From positions 177,568,001-177,632,000 of the forward strand of contig OZ024742.1 of the NCBI GenBank assembly GCA_964016885.1: a DNA stretch of 64,000 bases, in the 5' to 3' direction. The notes under the pieces were generated by a model, which made no database searches, was not told the DNA's origin, and saw nothing but the letters and a program-made list of their open reading frames with translations. This DNA comes from Eledone cirrhosa. Taxonomy: Eukaryota. Below are positions 55,267 to 64,000 of this stretch, piece by piece (position 1 is the stretch's first letter; each line of letters starts with the position of its first letter). The position numbers and the translations under genes were made by a program.

Positions 55267-56470
55267 CTTACAAAGAGGCATTCGACACCATCCTCCAGAA
55301 CATTCCTTTACTAAAAGGAGACCCAAGAATGAACAAAATCCTCGAAACACACATCATAAAGAGCAAAGGACAACCTAAATCCATAAAAAACATCCTCACA
55401 CAAGCCAAAATCCAACAAACACTTATAATGAACCCTACTGTAACAAAATACGGAAGGGCCAACTGTGGCATATTCATAAATCTAATAGAAGGTTCAACAT
55501 TCCATTTTAAACAAGGACAACATTTCACATGTGCATCTGAAAACCTAATCTATGTTTTGACCTGCTCAGGTTCTCAAGAGCACCACATAGGACAGACAAA
55601 AAACAGCCTCCGACAACGTATGACCGTCCATAAATCACAAATTAAAATACAGGAATACAGAAAGATTGCATTTAGTGAACATATCGCCAATTGTGCTCAC
55701 AACCAACATCCAAACTTTAAAATTTTCCCCATTTGCAAATTCATAGACAACGCTACTTTCATCCATCGTACCAATGAGGAAACATATTTCATTAACAAAT
55801 TCCAACTTCTACTTAATGCACTAAACTTCGGACCAAACTAAAACTGGAACAAACAATCAAACATTTACAAGGTTTACCTCCCTTACACCCAACCTAATCC
55901 TTTTTCTTAAATAAATTAAATATCATCCAGCATGAACTGCCTCCCCCTGCATATTAACTCACTAAAAAGGGAGATCATATCAAACCAAAGTTCACCATTT
56001 GCCTCCATCATGGATCGACTAAACACCCTTGCTATACGAACACATTTTGATCTGCTTAACTTCAAGAACTATGCCTGTAAATAACATTATATTTTCTTTC
56101 ACATTGACTTTTTATGCTCCACATTACGTCCCTTTTGTTTCTTTTTCTTTTTCTTTTCTCTTTTTTTCTTTTTTTTCTTTTTTCCTTTTTTCTTTTTTCT
56201 TTTTTCTTTTTTCTTTTTTCTTTTTTCTTTTCACTTCATAAACCTTGTTTGTAAATAACATTATTCTTTCTGCATCATTTCTTTAAGATGGGTAACACCA
56301 CCATTCAAAACCAATATATATCACTGTCATTTGATAATGCATAAACATGCTAAAACCGGTAATAGACAATTATTAAATATATAAATAAATAAATGCAATT
56401 GTTAATTAATAAATAAATCAACTAATAGCTTAACACTTCACACAAAGTAAAATATTTCGTTTCAATCATT
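55020..56470 (+). mobile_element. Penelope-like element remnant: GIY-YIG endonuclease and 3' pseudo-LTR
   Basis: CASENLIYVLTCSG..HIGQT..LRQRMTVH..EH (PLE GIY-YIG) after a degenerate Cys linker (Neptune-like); T-rich pLTR with a hammerhead-like motif. Confidence 0.85.
56326..56367 (+). ncRNA. Degenerate U3-A8 hammerhead-like motif in the Penelope pLTR
   Basis: GTCAT TTGATAA T GCAT-AAAC-ATGC T AAAA CCGG TA ATAGAC. Confidence 0.5.
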
Positions 56471-56616
56471 TTCTAGCCCAGAAAAGAGAGAGAGAGAAAT
56501 AAAAAGGGAAGACAATATATTTTTCTTCCTAATAATCGTCTCTTTCTCCCTGTTTTCATATATATATATACGTGCGTATACTATGTATATATTTATTTAT
56601 TTATATATATTTATAA

Positions 56617-56654
<38 letters not shown>

Positions 56655-59521
56655 CCACACACACACACACATATCCGTGTAAGCTTTCAACGTAGCTTTT
56701 GCGACAGGAGTCGTGCTCACAAACCTTCGAATTGGGCAGCTATCAATGTATGCTTTATAGACATGACCATTCGTCTTCTGTAGTATGTATAGATGATAAT
56801 TTATGTATGTCTCCAGAATAGAACATATGAAAATCAAATTTGACATATATAGACTGCACTTGCGGTGGAAACAATAATGGATACACCACATATCCCGTGT
56901 CATTACCACTGATATACGACATAAATGCAGTCATACCATATGGCTTAACAGATACCATGTCCCCGGTTTGAATTATATCATAGCGAAGCTTGATAATAAG
57001 CTGTTACTCAAACATAGAGGAACAATCACTGAACTCAAGAAGTGATAATCCAGTAAAGCTTCCGTGGGAAAGGGACGGCAGTACGTAGACGAGTTTTAGT
57101 TTTCTTTTGAATTTAGTAGTCAAGATAGAGAATAAAACATTTATATCGCTGTTTTGAAGTTCATTGACTCCAATAAAACCTCTGATTCAATTCATCCGAT
57201 CGGATAATAATTATTAAGATTGAAAAGTTAAATTGCCTCTTTCTCTTCATGTCATCAAGTCCACGTACAGTAAAGCAATCATTGATTCTCCAGGCGTTAT
57301 AACCCAACATTATAAAATCTAAATGTTTTACTTTCATGTTGGGGGCATACCTAGTCACGCGTCGACGGCTTACATTTCCTTCCAATTACATCTACTGACG
57401 AATGGTCCGGTTCTATCAGACGCTGTGACAGAATATTAGAATAGTAAGGTCCAGTAGGGTTGGGTCTATGATATGGATTGATCTGTACTTTGTCGACAAC
57501 ATCACGTTTATCTTAGATGGAATCATTGGTACTCATGCCCTTCTGTCAAGAGTAGAATCGAAATGTTACACCTCACTGCAAACGAGATAGTCTAGAACAT
57601 GGTTGAGCATGAGCCAGATGTAACGTTGAAGTCTCTATTATATTTCTATATCCTCGGATCATTCAAAAGAGAATAGACAAAATTCATCAATATAAATTTT
57701 ACCTGAAAATCTCTTTAAAAGAAATATGTTGTCTGTGAAATATCTTTAAAGAGGAATTGAAATGAGAATCTAATATGAAATGAACGTGCTCATTGTTAAC
57801 TTTTTTTATTTTAACAAACCCAGACAAAATAAATATTATAGAATGTAATGTTGAACTTTAGTATCTTTCGTTAAATATAGAGGTTTCTCTTCTCATATTC
57901 CTCACGTCACAACACTACAATGTTTCTAAAGTTTGCCTTGCACTTTACAACACTTGATTATAGAAAAAAAATAGTGATTCTATTTGCCAAGCCATTTGAT
58001 GAAGTAATGTTAAAACGAAGTCTATCAAATCTCGGGAGACAGTTTCTCTTCTTTCGAAGGAAAGATACCCCACCGACACAACTATGATTCCGAAAGAAGG
58101 AATACGAAACTGAATATTGCCTGACATTATGTCCTGCAATTTGCTGTTTCAACTCACCGGGATAGTACGCAGTTCAATTTTCTTTTTATAGATGCCTGAA
58201 AATCGGTACAAGAGTCAGTGTGTCACGAAAACTATATTGCGCATCTTACGTTTTGAGGGTGTAGGAGGGGAAATTGTAATAATTCTACCAAGTAACATTA
58301 GTGAAATTCGATGGGTTCCGTTGTGGATTGAAACTTGTTTCGGTTAGTATGGTTTTACTTTATGTTCAAAAGGTATTTTTCACTTTCACAGGAAATACAA
58401 AGTTTGGTGTCATTATATCGATCTCCTAACTACTCTGTTAGCTGTTTGGATTTGATAGACTATGAACGCAAAAGTTAGTTGTTGTTTGTATTTTTTTTTC
58501 CAATTTCCATACATGTAAAATCTAAAGGAACAGAAGTCCACTTCACTAAACAAAGATGTCCATCTCATTCATCTCCACCACCTTCATCTGTTAATTATTT
58601 TATCCATTGAATTCTGAAAACTGAAAGGTAATTTATGCCTGTAGATGAAGTAGAGAATACAGGTAAATGGCCTTTAGCCTTCAATGAAAGAGTAAAAGCT
58701 TCCATAATTTTCCCCTTGTGTTTGTCAAATCAGTGAATCAGACCTGTTACAGAATAGTAAAACTAACGTAGCGTGTTTCATTAAAGTGCTGTACTTAATA
58801 TTTCAACCTGTTATTTTAGTATATATATGGAGTGACATGTAATCAAGCCAGGCAAGCGATGGATGCTCAATGTTCTTGTTCAGAAACCACATTAATGGAA
58901 CACTCACAAACAGGAATTACATAATGGAAGCTATTACACCAGTTTTGACGATGCTTGTAAATTCATTGTGAAGTTTATTCCATTATCGACTACACATCGT
59001 GTTTGTTTAGATGCCATAGGAAGCATCTATTAAGGATAAAGATTCACTAGAAAAGAAATATATACACAGCGTAGTAATGGCTGAAAAATCAACAATTTAT
59101 GAAGCAACGATGAAGTATATTTCATTCCCTATTCTGCCATTATGTGTTGGAAAGACAAAGATATGAAATACAAGGGAAATATATCAAATATATCAAAAAC
59201 AGAGAAATAGTCTTAAATCATGTAAAGGCGTACATTACACTTATGGCTGTCAGCTTATTTTCTATATACCTGAATCTACTAACGGAAATATTTCATGACA
59301 CGTAGCAATATTAATATTGCCTAAACGTATTTCCAATTGCTTGCAAATTCACTAATTGAAAGAGATGAGAATGATAGAAGAATACACAAGAACATATTTT
59401 CACTACTTTTAGATGAGTACATACCATCGCAATGGATTCATTATATGTATATGAGTAAGATGTATGATTCTATAAATTACCATCTGTGTGTATGAATTGA
59501 TGTGTTTATGTGTACGAGTGC

Positions 59522-59581
<60 letters not shown>

Positions 59582-59585
<4 letters not shown>

Positions 59586-59790
59586 ATAATAATAAATTTG
59601 AAGACTAAAACCCAAAGAGGGCTCGATAAGGATAAATATATATCAAATATATAAGAACCGTAGAGCAAATATTTATTAAAATAACAGATTAAAGTTTAAG
59701 CAAAGAATCGCTGCTTTCACCCTTAACAGGAAGATCCGGTTAAGGGTGAAAGCAGCGATTATTTGCTTAAACTTTAATCTGTTATTTTAA

Positions 59791-59795
<5 letters not shown>
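59582..59795 (-). mobile_element. Fold-back element family F4, second copy
   Basis: Near-identical tail and arm to 29007; arms about 59674-59728 / 59741-59792; inversion falls inside the hammerhead-like motif. Confidence 0.9.
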
Positions 59796-59833
<38 letters not shown>

Positions 59834-61358
59834 TTGTGTATATATATGTTTGTCTGTGTGTTATACATAGATATACATATAAAATAATTCTACTATAGTA
59901 ATCATGATGTACAGTTCAAAACCCTATATCCGGAGAAGTCTCAATAAAGGTTATGTACGCCATAAGAAAATATATTAAAATTTTATTTCAACATATTTCA
60001 ACATATTAAAAGTTTAATACAGAAATATATTCAGGATCTCAAAATATGCCAAATAGGGTAAAATCTTTTCATATATATTTTTTCAAAAAATATCTGATTG
60101 AACAAAATCGTGCTTTCCCTCTCATAATTATTTTTTACAATTTCTTCACTCTCTTCATTTTGCTATTTAATTTCTATTTCTCTTTGTATCTTCTGACGGA
60201 AATTTAGTGTACGGAACGCTAGGACATATTTTTCTTCTATATCAAGAGTTAATATATATATAATATATATCTTTATTGTACTGCATTGTTTACCGTTAAC
60301 TGTTCGCGCACAAACACGCACACACATACGCATATATTTATGTAACTTCTAGATAAAACATTTAAAATACCTTATTTGTGGTTGTTTCTAATTTAATCCA
60401 TGTAATGTCCATGGGTCAGCATGTACATAAGAATATTGTAATGGGTCGTTAACGAAATTGGTAATATTCATACCTAGGTATATTTTATATATATTCCTGG
60501 CTAGAATACATTCATGTTTACAGTGTGTATATCGCCAATAGGCCATTATGATACCTGTTGAGGTTTATGTAATGTAACAATTAAGAGCACATTATATAGA
60601 TAAGAATGAACATATCTGCGGGTGTATAACAGAAATTATATCACATGCTTCAAACCACTTTAGCTATACAATTGACTCTGCTCCATTACCCAATATGAAG
60701 AATAAACAAATGCACATATAACTTTATTAGGCAAAATATTTCACAGCTATTTCAGTACATATATTGTATTATGTGAACATGAGCATTTTCTCAGAGGATT
60801 TACGGATTCAACCATTTGCCATCAGTTTTGACAAGACAATTTCCTTCGTAATGCTGCTAAGATACTATTCGATCGATTCGTTAATCCTCAAGAAATTGAT
60901 ACAGTGAAGCGGAAAAAATGCAATAAACTGAACAAGATTGGTGTAAGAGAATCTACGGTGATATTAAATATAGCCTGGAGATTTAAAGCTCCTTTATTGG
61001 TTACTTGAAAATGCTTATGAAATATATACAGAATTCTGAATTTGGCATATGATATCTGAATTGTATTGTAGATAGAAGAGGCAAAGTTTAAGTTGATTTT
61101 ATTGTTAATATTTTAGAAAAGTTCTGATTAGTAGAAAAGAAACCCATGAAATAAATGCTGAACGATTTTAGACACTTCATAGAAACTCTAGCTGGCGGCT
61201 ACCAATGAGAGTGTAAATATAACTCTCTTATGATTCTGCAATATACTTTAAAATTATCATAGAAATATATGCCAACGACCGACTTTAAATATATGGATGC
61301 CAAATCAATTTCTCTCCCTCTCTCTCCCCTCTCTCTCCCCTCTCTCTCTATATATATA

Positions 61359-61735
61359 TATTATAATAGAACATGAAAGAAAAGCGAACACAGATATATA
61401 GATATATGTGTTCAAATCGTAAGGGATCTGATTCGCTAAGGTGAAAAGAATACTAACTATAGACAAGTTGTCTGGGCGATTGGTAGTTACCACAATTCCG
61501 GTTTGTACTTATTTTCTTAATTTTTTCTTAAATTGAGACAAGCGAACCCTATAGTTAGTATTCTTTTCACCTTAGCGAATCAGGTCCCTTACGATTTGAA
61601 CACATATATCTATATATCTGTGTTCGTTTTTTCTTTATATTCTATTATAATATACGGCTCAGAAATATCTCTTTCTTAGAGCTATTTTGTTGTAAGAGAC
61701 TATTTTGAGTTCCTAACTCAATATATAAATTTAAT
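61359..61735 (+). mobile_element. Fold-back element family F7
   Basis: About 104-bp arms 61359-61462 / 61549-61652; tail with TTGAGTTC. Confidence 0.88.
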
Positions 61736-61749
61736 ATATATATATATAT

Positions 61750-62249
61750 GTGTGTAGAAGTTCTATTTAAATTGTTGGGATACAACGAGCAAATATTTTT
61801 ATAACTGATATAAAGCACTCAACAAATTATTGGAGTAAAAATACGATATATTAACAAATGGAAACTATATTTATAAAACCATATTTATTTCATTATACAT
61901 ATTTCAAGGACTCCAAGTTAAATTATGGTGTACTTACATCAGATAAAATATAATATAGAGCAGTTTTATGAATAAATATTGACATACCCTTAAAGAATGC
62001 GACCAACTGAAATGGTCGCATTCTTTAAGGGTATGTCAATATTTATTCATAAAACTGCTCTATATTATATTTTATCTGATGTATTGGTCGCATTCTTTAA
62101 GGGTATGTCAATATTTATTCATAAAACTGCTCTATATTATATTTTATCTGATGTAAGCACACCATAATTTAACTTGGTGTCCTTGAAATATGTATAATGA
62201 AATAAATATGGTTTTATAAATATAGTTTCCATTTGTTAATATATCGTAT
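61750..62249 (-). mobile_element. Fold-back element family F8 with a stuttered arm
   Basis: Arm 61841-62006, partial inverted arm 62013-62083, full inverted arm 62084-62249; CTGATGT-stem II-GAAA TATGTA motif. Confidence 0.88.
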
Positions 62250-62549
62250 ATATATTTTTTTTTTTTCTTTCTTTCTCTCACAAACACCCACTCTCTCCCT
62301 CGCCTCTCTCATCCTCTCTCTTTCTCTCGCCTCTCTCTCTAACCCCTCTCTCTCTCTACTTTATCTTCGGTTGGTTACATGTGATCTTAGAAGGTCTAGC
62401 GATTGTGATTCATCGTATCGCGCGTGAAACAAAATTCAAAATAAACATATACGTACATATATGTGTATATATGTACATATATATGTATATATGTACATAT
62501 ACGTATACAGTCTAGTACTGTGACCGATTCTTCCTCTATTTTTTCATTA

Positions 62550-62856
62550 ATTTCTCTCTCTTTGTCTCGCTCTCTCTCTCTCCTTTTCTTTCTCTCTCTC
62601 TCTCACACTCACAAACATTCTCACTCTCTCTCACGCCCCCTTTCTCTCTCTCTCCCACACTCACTCTCCCTCTCTCTCACACCCCCTTTCTCTATCTCTC
62701 TCACACACACACACATTCTCCTTCTCTATCACGTCCCCTACTCTATCTCTCTCACACACTCACTCTCCCTCTCTCTCGCGTCCCCTTTCTCTATCTCTCA
62801 CACACACACACCCTCTCTCTCACGTCCGCTTTCTCTCTCTCTCACACATACACACA

Positions 62857-62892
<36 letters not shown>

Positions 62893-63132
62893 ACAAACAC
62901 TCTCTCTCTCTCTCTCTCTCTCTCACGCCCCCTTTCTCTCTCTCTCTATCACACTCACTCTCCCTCTCTCTCACGTCCCCTTTCTCTATCTCTCTCACAC
63001 ACACACTCCCTCTCTCTCCCGTCCGCGCTCTCTCTCTCTCTCTCACACATACACACACTTTTTTTTCTCTCTCTCTCTCACACACACATACACACACTTT
63101 TCTCTCTCTCTCTCTCTCTCACACATACACAC

Positions 63133-63194
<62 letters not shown>

Positions 63195-63216
63195 TACACA
63201 CACTTCTCTCTCTCTC

Positions 63217-63255
<39 letters not shown>

Positions 63256-63305
63256 CACTCTCTCTCTCTCTTGCCTCTCACTCTCTCTCACACTCTCTCG
63301 CTCTG
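62550..63305. repeat. Degenerate CT/CA-rich satellite
   Basis: Recurrent TCACG(T/C)CCCCTTTCTCTATCTCTC units within (CT)n. Confidence 0.9.
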
Positions 63306-64000
63306 TCGATTTCTGTCCCTCTTCCTCTCACCGTCTCACCTATACTGTTCACAGCCGGAGTGAGATAAGCTCCGCCAGATTTAAACAAGCTCATAGCGTG
63401 CTATTTGTCAGGTTGGCGTCACCATGGTTTCACCAACGGGAAACAAGCGTTTTTGTAACTGTTATTAAATATTCTTTCATCGACTGGGGTTATTAGTATT
63501 CCTTCAGTAATTAATCGACTATATTTCGTTGGAATGCTGTATAGTATAAATGTATTGTTTTAATTATATTATATTTCCTTTCGATTCATGTGATGTAGTG
63601 AATTACTATTACTTAATTTTATAAATTCAGAATACGGCAAGGGAGCGTTCTGTACTTGCAAGCATAACATTAGACGTATTGTTGAATAGTGTTTGTTTTA
63701 GTCCTCTATATTTATTTGAGTAGGTCTTCATTGGTGTGGAAATAGTCAAATTGTTTTCGTAACAACAAACATTTTAATTTATGTTCCAGATTTGCTATGA
63801 CTAATCTCGAAATCAATATTTTGGAGAATGAAACCTAATTTGGAATTGTATGTTGCAATGTGCTTTAAGCAATTTTTCTGTCTTCGTTGTATGAGATCAG
63901 TTACTCCCAAGTGGACTAACGACTGGTTCTTTCATATAGAATAGATAACATTTTGACTAACGAAAGAAATTAAATAATTGCCATTCACTGGTTTAAAATT

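Noticed and set aside
58513-58613. LDLa-like exon (..DEGGGDE...C)
   Set aside because: Requires several stops and a frameshift; insufficient support

Overview
AT-rich, microsatellite-dense eukaryotic DNA. The SINE and repeat landscape suggests an octopod cephalopod, but that is inference. I found no intact host gene, only one plausible minus-strand exon (2064-2274) and weak decayed coding traces. Almost all long ORFs belong to retroelements: decayed RTE LINEs, a near full-length Tx1/L1-clade element in (TAA)n, two divergent R4/Dong-type RT+REL elements with a train of 5'-truncated copies in (TAA)n/(GAA)n, a Penelope-like GIY-YIG remnant, and many copies of a tRNA-derived SINE. The most striking signal is invisible in the ORF track: about a dozen short fold-back (hairpin) elements from several families in (TA)n tracts. 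Most have a one-sided tail, and several carry minimal hammerhead-ribozyme motifs near the fold-back point, including repeated non-canonical cores (U3-A8 swap, U.U at the base of stem II). I interpret them as Penelope pseudo-LTR-derived, ribozyme-bearing non-autonomous retroelements. All motif and structure calls were made by eye.
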